DNA from: an uncultured virus (IMG/VR IMGVR_UViG_3300030376_002698)
Lineage: Duplodnaviria > Heunggongvirae > Uroviricota > Caudoviricetes
DNA: 20,000 nt
Reading direction: 5' to 3' (one strand)
IMG/VR virus record: IMGVR_UViG_3300030376_002698
Location: 53,596 to 73,595 of that record
Shown here: piece after piece, positions 1 to 6,082 of the stretch
Layout: each line of letters starts with the position of its first letter
How positions within the stretch are numbered: position 1 is the first letter of the stretch
Position numbers and translations under genes: made by a program
The notes under the pieces: generated by a model
Seen by the model: only the letters and a program-made list of their open reading frames with translations
Databases searched by the model: none
Told to the model about the DNA's origin: nothing

Positions 1-49
1 TAGCTTTTGCATGTTTTATATTTTTTAAATTTATAGCTTTACTAATCAT
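1..49 (-). CDS. small basic MISK-type protein (partial, runs off window)
   Basis: ATG at 49 reads MISKAINLKNIKHAKA and stays open to the window edge. Same N-terminus as three upstream ORFs. Not in ORF track. Confidence 0.65.
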   Translation of the reverse strand, partial: MISKAINLKNIKHAKA

Positions 50-72
50 ATTAACAGTTCCATTTCTTTAAT
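47..72 (-). repeat. 26-bp near-identical copy of 240..265 (3' end of DUF6321-like gene plus next start codon)
   Basis: catatta[a/g]cagttccatttctttaat at 47-72 and 240-265, one mismatch. Confidence 0.9.
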
Positions 73-92
73 TATTTTTTTGTTTTCTTTTT
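71..92 (-). repeat. 22-bp exact copy of 524..545 (3' end of ORF 525..800, KKTKK-stop)
   Basis: attatttttttgttttcttttt at 71-92 and 524-545. Low complexity, but it abuts the 26-bp repeat. Confidence 0.75.
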
Positions 93-242
93 TTTAGTAG
101 GCTTTGCTTTTTTTAGCATACTTTTTTTACTTGCAATGGCAGATCTAAGTTCTTTAACAGAAGAATAATTTTCTGGGTTAATTTTTCGCATACCTATACT
201 TGATAATTTTCTATTTATTGCACCTAAGTTTATACTTTTCAT
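72..242 (-). CDS. small Lys-rich protein, 56 aa
   Basis: Hand translation MKSINLGAINRKLSSIGMRKINPENYSSVKELRSAIASKKSMLKKAKPTKKKKTKK. Starts 1 nt after the upstream stop (TAA-T-ATG). Not in ORF track. Confidence 0.7.
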   Translation of the reverse strand: MKSINLGAINRKLSSIGMRKINPENYSSVKELRSAIASKKSMLKKAKPTKKKKTKK

Positions 243-243
243 A

Positions 244-525
244 TTAGCAGTTCCATTTCTTTAATGCTTTATTAATTCTTGAGTTTGGATCATTAGCAGT
301 CTTTTTAGAAGTTAATCGTTTCTTCATGCCACCCATTCTTGCACAAAATGATTTTCTTCGTTTAGCAGCTTTAGATCCTTTTTTTAATTTACTTGGTTTT
401 GTAGTTACAGCAGTCTTTAGTTTACTACCTGGATTAGCACGTCTGTACGATGCTACACCCTTTTTGTTTAATCCACCAGAAGAACTTTTACCTTCTTTAC
501 GTTGCCATGCAGGAGATTTTGCCAT
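244..525 (-). CDS. basic phage protein, DUF6321-like
   Basis: AWQRKEGK..GGLNKKG..YRR.NPGSKLK...RRKSFCARM...SRINKALKKWNC matches the motif pattern of this widespread phage family. Confidence 0.75.
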   Translation of the reverse strand: MAKSPAWQRKEGKSSSGGLNKKGVASYRRANPGSKLKTAVTTKPSKLKKGSKAAKRRKSFCARMGGMKKRLTSKKTANDPNSRINKALKKWNC

Positions 526-800
526 TATTTTTTTGTTTTCTTTTTATTTTGTACAGATCTACCTACTGCACCAGCAGTCGCTCCAAGACCTGTACCTACT
601 ACGCCTCCAACAAGTATACCAGGACCATATTTTTTAATTGTTGGCTTTGCTCTTCTACCATATCTTTTTGCCATTAATTTTGCAGTTTCTTTTTTGCCTA
701 TTAATTTACTTGCTGATTTAGCTTGTTTTATATCTGTTTTTAATGTGGTTTTTACACCATGGAATGCACTTCTAGCTGCATTTACATATTTACTGATCAT
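525..800 (-). CDS. small basic MISK-type protein with C-terminal glycine-zipper-like segment
   Basis: ORF track. GILVGGVVGTGLGATAGAVG segment. TAATG coupling to next gene. Confidence 0.75.
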   Translation of the reverse strand: MISKYVNAARSAFHGVKTTLKTDIKQAKSASKLIGKKETAKLMAKRYGRRAKPTIKKYGPGILVGGVVGTGLGATAGAVGRSVQNKKKTKK

Positions 801-814
801 ATTATATACCTTTA

Positions 815-1027
815 TTATTTCTTTTTATTATCTTTTGTGCCTAATTTATAAGCACCATAAAGAAATCCAGCTTTTACAGGTATTCCAATTGCTGAACCTA
901 CTATCATTGCTTTTGTCATAGGATCTGCTTTACTATATTTTCTACCTAATTTTTTTTTAACAATTTTAGATTTTCTACCTGTGTTTTTTAAATAATTAAA
1001 AGCTTTTTTTGATGCTTTACTGATCAT
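815..1027 (-). CDS. small basic MISK-type protein with hydrophobic Gly-rich C-terminal segment
   Basis: ORF track. Strong SD (AGGAGGT). AMIVGSAIGIPVKAGFLYGAY segment. Confidence 0.75.
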   Translation of the reverse strand: MISKASKKAFNYLKNTGRKSKIVKKKLGRKYSKADPMTKAMIVGSAIGIPVKAGFLYGAYKLGTKDNKKK

Positions 1028-1047
1028 ATTATATACCTCCTATTCCT

Positions 1048-1395
1048 TTAAAAAGGAACATATATTGTTTTTGTTGCTAATTTAAATTTAACTGATTGTT
1101 TTCTTTGAGGTCTTGACAGTAAATTTTCTTTTCTTTCTGACTTTTTTAGATCTTTATACTTAGATTTACTTAAGGGAAAAGTTCCCCATTTAGAAGAACC
1201 TTGTGATTTAAATTTTTTATCCATGTATTTTCTTTGTGCTTTTAAACCTCTACGAGATCTATACAGAACATTTCTCACTGATGGCTGTCCATAATCGCCA
1301 GTTGTTTCAAATTGTGTTTTGTATCTCTTTAAACTTTTTGATTTACTTTTACCAAAAGCTTTTGTGCCTGCTCGAATAGCTGCTTTACTGATCAT
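1048..1395 (-). CDS. small basic MISK-type protein
   Basis: ORF track. ATGA overlap with terL stop. K/R-rich. Confidence 0.75.
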   Translation of the reverse strand: MISKAAIRAGTKAFGKSKSKSLKRYKTQFETTGDYGQPSVRNVLYRSRRGLKAQRKYMDKKFKSQGSSKWGTFPLSKSKYKDLKKSERKENLLSRPQRKQSVKFKLATKTIYVPF

Positions 1396-2684
1396 ATTAT
1401 ATACCTTGTATCTACGTTAATATCTTTAGCCCAATCTGATCTTTCAGGCGCTTCGCCTACACACCCATATCTAAAACTGTCAGATCCGTGTGAAGCCCAG
1501 TTATGATGGGGTTTATTTTTAAAGACTTGGTTCTTATCATCAAATACCTTTTTATATTGTTTGAGAGCTTCGATGCCTTGTTTGCATCTTATTCTATCAA
1601 ACCAACAATTAGGTAATGTGTTTCTTACGGATTCTATACCGTGATCTACTTCTAGTTTAGGAGCTACTTCAAAGTTTAATCCTAACTCTGCAGCTACTTC
1701 TAATCTAGATTTACCTGTGCCTAGTTCCCTAGTTACAATATCGTGTGGAGCTATATGTGCACCATAGTTATATGGCTTTTCATTTAACTTACTTACATAA
1801 AATGCTAATGATTCACCATTTGTTTCATAGTAATCAATTAGTCTTACTTCGTTATTAACTCGTTGTGCAAACCAAATTGCAGTAGAGTCACCAATACCTA
1901 AATCCCACCATGTTTCTACATCTACTGTAGGATCATATGGTACATCACCTATACGTTTTTCTTTTTCTGCTTGTTCCATTAAAGCACCATAATAAGCACC
2001 TTGTACTGCAGCATTAAATGAACATTCATACTCCTGTTGAAATTGTGAGTCTGGCATAGTGCGTTGTGCATCTTCTAACTCCCAGTCAGGAATAACATTA
2101 GTGTCAGATGATCTATACATACAACCATACCAATCTCCACTATCAGTACGTTTTGCAAAATCAAATACTTCCCAGAACTGATTATGCCCCATTGGTGTTC
2201 CTATAAAGATAACAAACCCAAGTTTATCAGATACTGCAGGTCTTATAATCTCAGTCCAGGTACGAGGTGACATAAGAGCAAACTCATCTAATACTACTCC
2301 ATCAAACCCTAGTCCACGAAGTGCATCTGGATTGTCAGCACCAAATATCTGTATTCTTGATCCGTTATATAAATCTATTTTTAATTCTGTTTCGTTTCTA
2401 CCACCACCAAGTTCCATTAATGGTTCTGTATATTCTTTGAGATAGTCAAAAGCTACAGCCTTACCTTGTCGGTAGGTAGGTGCTATGTAAGCTAATCTAG
2501 CATTATCTTTTTCAACAGCAGTAGCTACTAGTTTCCATATAGCTAGGCAGGTCTTACCAAAACGTCTATGACAAACAATAACATTAAATCTTTTTAAGTT
2601 TTGGAATACTTCCCACTGATACTTACGAGGTGTAAACGGTATTGTTATTTCTTTTTGTTTTACTTCTTTTCTGGTGCGTGGCAT
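1392..2684 (-). CDS. terL: terminase large subunit
   Basis: Walker A HRRFGKT, Walker B VVLDE, coupling motif GTP, FQQEY, nuclease motifs WDLGIGD and HGSDSFRY. Confidence 0.97.
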   Translation of the reverse strand: MPRTRKEVKQKEITIPFTPRKYQWEVFQNLKRFNVIVCHRRFGKTCLAIWKLVATAVEKDNARLAYIAPTYRQGKAVAFDYLKEYTEPLMELGGGRNETELKIDLYNGSRIQIFGADNPDALRGLGFDGVVLDEFALMSPRTWTEIIRPAVSDKLGFVIFIGTPMGHNQFWEVFDFAKRTDSGDWYGCMYRSSDTNVIPDWELEDAQRTMPDSQFQQEYECSFNAAVQGAYYGALMEQAEKEKRIGDVPYDPTVDVETWWDLGIGDSTAIWFAQRVNNEVRLIDYYETNGESLAFYVSKLNEKPYNYGAHIAPHDIVTRELGTGKSRLEVAAELGLNFEVAPKLEVDHGIESVRNTLPNCWFDRIRCKQGIEALKQYKKVFDDKNQVFKNKPHHNWASHGSDSFRYGCVGEAPERSDWAKDINVDTRYII

Positions 2685-2947
2685 AAATTTATACTAATTG
2701 GTTTTTTGCTATCACCAGTTATTTTGTGTTCCTTACTTGCTAATCTAGCATGCACGAAAGGTGCAGCTTTCTCTGCAGCCCACATCTTCCGTTCAGGAGA
2801 AGTACCAGGATTGTTTAAGACATTCAACATATAATCCAACGGTGTTCTACTTGCACCCCTAATTTTAGCTTCAAGATTAGCGCCTTTACTGCCATCTTTT
2901 ACGCCTTTAGGTCTACCAGCTCCTGGTCTTTTACCGCCATGTGCCAT
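2660..2947 (-). CDS. terS: terminase small subunit (putative)
   Basis: Immediately upstream of and overlapping terL. N-terminal GGKRPGAGRPKG, then TPLDYML...AAEKAAPFVHARL, typical of small phage TerS-like proteins. Confidence 0.75.
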   Translation of the reverse strand: MAHGGKRPGAGRPKGVKDGSKGANLEAKIRGASRTPLDYMLNVLNNPGTSPERKMWAAEKAAPFVHARLASKEHKITGDSKKPISINLCHAPEKK

Positions 2948-3222
2948 TATACTCTTACGCCTCTACGTCTTAGAGCTTCATTAAGTCTATTAGTTCTACC
3001 ACGTTGTACAGCTTTACCTTGTGTATATCCTATAGTACCAGCAGCACCGCCACCAATAGTAACAGGGTTAAGTAATGCTTTACCTGCTAATGTCTGTGCA
3101 CCACCTAATACTGTTTTCTTTTTAGTAGACTTTTTCTTGCTTTTTTTCTTTTTCTTTTTAAATATCTTGCTTTCTTTATTAGAAGCTTTTTTAAATAGCT
3201 TACTTGCAACTTTACCTATCAT
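2947..3222 (-). CDS. small basic protein (MIGK start, poly-Lys, Gly-rich C-terminus)
   Basis: ORF track. Coupled by ATGA and TAATG overlaps on both sides. Confidence 0.75.
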   Translation of the reverse strand: MIGKVASKLFKKASNKESKIFKKKKKKSKKKSTKKKTVLGGAQTLAGKALLNPVTIGGGAAGTIGYTQGKAVQRGRTNRLNEALRRRGVRV

Positions 3223-3575
3223 TTTGCCCTCCTTTTGGCATTTTTATATCTAGCCATTTGTAGTCTTTCTGACCTATTAACAGCTTTACGTTGTTGTGCT
3301 TTACTTACTGATCCAAATTTACCACCAAAATCTGTAGTCATATATCCAGTTGGTTTACTTCCTACAGGTTCAGGTCTTGACACTTTATCAAATTCATAAA
3401 CTTCTTTTTTTGGTTTTATAGCTTGTTGTTTCTTAAAAGTCTTAGCATACTTTTTAGTTGGCTTACCAGCAATAAACGCAGCTAATTGATCTTCATTTAA
3501 TTTATCTTTTAATTTTTTAGGTTTTTTTTTCTTAGTTGTAAGGTACTTAGAAGCAAACCTACTTATGCGAACCAT
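3219..3575 (-). CDS. basic hypothetical protein
   Basis: ORF track. K-rich. Coupled on both sides. Confidence 0.75.
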   Translation of the reverse strand: MVRISRFASKYLTTKKKKPKKLKDKLNEDQLAAFIAGKPTKKYAKTFKKQQAIKPKKEVYEFDKVSRPEPVGSKPTGYMTTDFGGKFGSVSKAQQRKAVNRSERLQMARYKNAKRRAK

Positions 3576-3826
3576 TATCTATTTAATAGACCAGGCATCA
3601 TTGCATCTCTAGTTGTTGGCGGAGCCATACGTCTAGGTTGTTGCATTTGATTCATTTGTGGAGGTACAGGTGCAGCTCCCATAGGTCCAGGTACATTAGA
3701 TACTTGTCCTGGTTGCTGTGGTTGTACCATTTGTTGTTTTGCCATAACTATCTTACCGAGAGTTTGTAACTCATTAGCTGATAGTGCAGATATTTCTTCT
3801 GCTAGTGTAACTAAACTTTTAGCCAT
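3575..3826 (-). CDS. Gln/Pro/Met-rich low-complexity protein
   Basis: ORF track. N-terminal helix followed by Q/P-rich tail. TAATG overlaps at both ends. Confidence 0.75.
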   Translation of the reverse strand: MAKSLVTLAEEISALSANELQTLGKIVMAKQQMVQPQQPGQVSNVPGPMGAAPVPPQMNQMQQPRRMAPPTTRDAMMPGLLNR

Positions 3827-3987
3827 TATAATAGTCCTTTTTTAGTATTATTTACCACTAACTTTACGTCTGGTTGTGGTGTATATTCGATGTCAAGTTC
3901 TTTCTTATATCTAATAGGAGCAGATTCTTTAGTACCATTTAAGGCTTTTATTAGGTTAGCAATAACCTCTTTATCTGATTTACTCAT
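3826..3987 (-). CDS. hypothetical protein, 53 aa
   Basis: ORF track 3826..4011. Start moved to ATG 3987 (MSKSDKEV) to minimise overlap with the upstream gene. Confidence 0.6.
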   Translation of the reverse strand: MSKSDKEVIANLIKALNGTKESAPIRYKKELDIEYTPQPDVKLVVNNTKKGLL

Positions 3988-4249
3988 CTCCACCAGCGAA
4001 TGCAGCAGCACCTATAGATGCATATCCAACAGGTCCTTGTACTTGTCTACGAATGGTATTTAATCTGCCTTTGCCTTTTAGACCTACAGCACCTCTTATA
4101 CCTGATTCTTTTGTTTTAGTTTTAGCATAAGTTTTTGTACCTTTTACTCTAGATATTTTAGCCCCTGCCTTTTTTTTGCCTTTAAGTACTTTTCTAGCAG
4201 TTTTTCTGCCAAGTACTTTAGCTGTTAGTCCTACAATTGGTAATGCCAT
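3980..4249 (-). CDS. small basic protein with Gly/Ala-rich C-terminus, 89 aa
   Basis: ORF track 3980..4291. Start moved to ATG 4249 (MALPIVGL) behind an AGGAG SD. Confidence 0.7.
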   Translation of the reverse strand: MALPIVGLTAKVLGRKTARKVLKGKKKAGAKISRVKGTKTYAKTKTKESGIRGAVGLKGKGRLNTIRRQVQGPVGYASIGAAAFAGGDE

Positions 4250-4262
4250 TGTGTTTGTTCTC

Positions 4263-4502
4263 CTATCTATAAGCTCGTGTTTTACGAGCAATGTTTTTTG
4301 GTTGTTTTACGTGTTGTTTACCTTTTTTAGTGCCTTTACGCTTTGCTCTTGTAGTAGCAGCGTATTCTTTAGCCGATAACGACTTAATAGCTTTCTCAGG
4401 TAGGTATCTTTCACCTGTTTTAGCAGAAGGTTTACCAGATTTGGTCCGCCATTTCTGTTTACCCCAGTTCTTTAAGCTCTTTTGAGACTTCTTCAGGGTC
4501 AT
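4263..4502 (-). CDS. basic protein, C-terminal half of DUF5872-like family
   Basis: QKSLKNW..QKWRTKSG...ERYLPEKA...LS..EY..T..AKR.G..KGKQ motif. Confidence 0.7.
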   Translation of the reverse strand: MTLKKSQKSLKNWGKQKWRTKSGKPSAKTGERYLPEKAIKSLSAKEYAATTRAKRKGTKKGKQHVKQPKNIARKTRAYR

Positions 4503-4672
4503 TTATAACCGCCACCACCAGCCTTGTAGCGTTTCGCTAGCATTTGGGCTTTACGTGCCGACCATTGACCAGCTTTACCGCCCTTTGTGCCAGATTTTAT
4601 ACTCTGGAACATGCGTTTACGCATACCAGGCTTAGTATAGTTTCCAGCCTTGTTAACGGTACTCTTAGCCAT
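4499..4672 (-). CDS. basic protein, N-terminal half of DUF5872-like family, 57 aa
   Basis: Hand translation MAKSTVNKAGNYTKPGMRKRMFQSIKSGTKGGKAGQWSARKAQMLAKRYKAGGGGYK. ATGA overlap with next gene. Not in ORF track. Confidence 0.8.
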   Translation of the reverse strand: MAKSTVNKAGNYTKPGMRKRMFQSIKSGTKGGKAGQWSARKAQMLAKRYKAGGGGYK

Positions 4673-4675
4673 GAC

Positions 4676-4777
4676 TTATAGTACTATTACTAGTACGAGT
4701 ATAGCTGCACATGCAATTACTACGCCTTTTTTTTGCATAGTTAGTCCGTGCCATTTATCCAATATAATTTTTTTCAT
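4676..4777 (-). CDS. 33-aa single-pass membrane peptide
   Basis: Hand translation MKKIILDKWHGLTMQKKGVVIACAAILVLVIVL. AAGGA SD. Fills the gap exactly. Confidence 0.65.
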   Translation of the reverse strand: MKKIILDKWHGLTMQKKGVVIACAAILVLVIVL

Positions 4778-4780
4778 AAT

Positions 4781-4933
4781 TTATCCTTTGTTATGCTTCA
4801 TTTGTACTGGAAACTTAGCTGTTAAGCTAGCTCCCTTATGTTTTTGAAATTTACCTGTATGCTTCATAAGCTTAAAACCTTTACCAGCTTTCATCCAATG
4901 AAAACCTGCAGGTGCTTTAACGTTTTTATTCAT
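4781..4933 (-). CDS. 50-aa basic protein (KAPAGFHWM motif)
   Basis: Hand translation MNKNVKAPAGFHWMKAGKGFKLMKHTGKFQKHKGASLTAKFPVQMKHNKG. TAATG coupling. Confidence 0.7.
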   Translation of the reverse strand: MNKNVKAPAGFHWMKAGKGFKLMKHTGKFQKHKGASLTAKFPVQMKHNKG

Positions 4934-5019
4934 TACTTTTTCTTACCTTTTTTCTTCTTAGATTTCATGATCTTATCTTTGAGAGCTTTAGGTAATGTCA
5001 TCTGTTTCTTAGTAAGCAT
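4933..5019 (-). CDS. 28-aa Lys-rich peptide
   Basis: Hand translation MLTKKQMTLPKALKDKIMKSKKKKGKKK. Stop overlaps next start. Confidence 0.65.
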   Translation of the reverse strand: MLTKKQMTLPKALKDKIMKSKKKKGKKK

Positions 5020-5101
5020 TCTTTTTACCCTTCTTCTTTTTTTTCTTCTTCATTGGTGGTCTGCCTTTAGCAGATCCGTACGTTCCTTTACCCATTGGCA
5101 T
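5009..5101 (-). CDS. 30-aa Lys-rich peptide (MPMGKGTYGS..GRPP motif)
   Basis: Hand translation MPMGKGTYGSAKGRPPMKKKKKKKGKKNAY. AGGAG SD 7 nt upstream. Confidence 0.7.
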   Translation of the reverse strand: MPMGKGTYGSAKGRPPMKKKKKKKGKKNAY

Positions 5102-5144
5102 GATAGTTCTCCTATTTATGTGTTTAAATGCGTTTTAAGCTATG

Positions 5145-5864
5145 TTACAGCACGATTGCTTTATTATTGGGATTATCCAGTACCGCAGGTGAAAACATGT
5201 TTAAATTGCCTGCTATAGTCCTTCTCTCGCCTGGTCCTTCAAAAGGGTAGACACAGTGCTGACACCATGATGGAAAGAATATAATCTTACCAACCTCAGG
5301 TTTAATGGTTTTGCATAGAGCTGGTCTTAGCTCTTCTAAACCCCTGATACTCGTTTGACCGAAATGAAACTGTAAGAAGCCATCATAAGCACCACCAGAG
5401 TTATAGAGATCAGTAGGCTTATAGTTATTATTATTGGCTATTTGCGGTGGTATCTTAGTCCAGGTAGTAAATGATATGCCCATAGGCGTATCAGTACCAT
5501 GATCATGCAAGGGGTTATAATCCCTCTCATAAGAGTGTACCGACCATAAGCTGTGGACATGAGGAATACGCTTCATGTCTCTGATACCAACATGTTGACC
5601 AAAATGGTGTACATAAGTACCAGCAAGCTGCGCTACATATTTTGTAAAAGGTAATACCAATGGATCTCTATCATCCATTTTAAGTTGTTCGCCGTGCGAT
5701 ATCTGTCCGACCAGATTATCTGAAAAGTCCACCCCTGCAGGCTTTTTATGTTTAGCGTCTAGGTATTTATTCAGATCGTTGACCATACGCTCTTCCATTT
5801 GCACCTCCATCAGAAGTGCTACACTTACCTGCGATAATTTAATTTCTACTTCTTTATCCGCCAT
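5145..5864 (-). CDS. putative 2OG-Fe(II) oxygenase
   Basis: YNPLHDH, IIFFPSW..HCVYPF and ERRTIAGN are the Fe- and 2OG-binding motifs of phage TIGR02466-like oxygenases. Confidence 0.85.
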   Translation of the reverse strand: MADKEVEIKLSQVSVALLMEVQMEERMVNDLNKYLDAKHKKPAGVDFSDNLVGQISHGEQLKMDDRDPLVLPFTKYVAQLAGTYVHHFGQHVGIRDMKRIPHVHSLWSVHSYERDYNPLHDHGTDTPMGISFTTWTKIPPQIANNNNYKPTDLYNSGGAYDGFLQFHFGQTSIRGLEELRPALCKTIKPEVGKIIFFPSWCQHCVYPFEGPGERRTIAGNLNMFSPAVLDNPNNKAIVL

Positions 5865-6045
5865 ACCAACTTATTAAATCCTTTAAATCCTTTGTGTGCT
5901 TTATAAACCTCTTATCATCACCTTTAATTACTATAGCGATTTCTGGATTAGGAGCAACCTTATTCCCACTGAGCCTGGCATATAATTTTGCCTGATCTCT
6001 ACCGAAGCTATCTTCCCCGAATATGACGTGTCCAACTCTAGGCAT
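5854..6045 (-). CDS. hypothetical protein, 63 aa
   Basis: ORF track 5854..6213. Start moved to ATG 6045 (MPRVGHVIFG) behind GAAGGGGGGG, because the upstream extension runs through hairpin DNA. Confidence 0.6.
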   Translation of the reverse strand: MPRVGHVIFGEDSFGRDQAKLYARLSGNKVAPNPEIAIVIKGDDKRFIKHTKDLKDLISWYGG

Positions 6046-6082
6046 AAGCCCCCCCTTCATTTGATTAGTCTCAATACAAACC

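Larger units (their letters stand above)
789..1406 (-). repeat. three exact 23-bp direct repeats AGGTATATAATATGATCAGTAAA (789-811, 1016-1038, 1384-1406)
   Basis: tttactgatcatattatatacct read directly at all three sites. Each spans the RBS plus first four codons (MISK). Degenerate 18-bp copy at 36-53. Confidence 0.95.

Noticed and set aside
789..1406. 23-bp repeats as a CRISPR array or integron attC sites
   Set aside because: Spacers are 204 and 345 bp and protein-coding, the repeats are not palindromic, and no cas or integrase gene is present.
326..5218. Plus-strand Phe/Leu-rich ORFs (326..637, 450..677, 502..921, 2601..2834, 2939..3253, 4176..4379, 4291..4485, 4650..4847, 4838..5218)
   Set aside because: Antisense shadows of Lys-rich minus-strand genes (AAA read as TTT). 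No SD, and the minus strand is already fully tiled with coupled genes.
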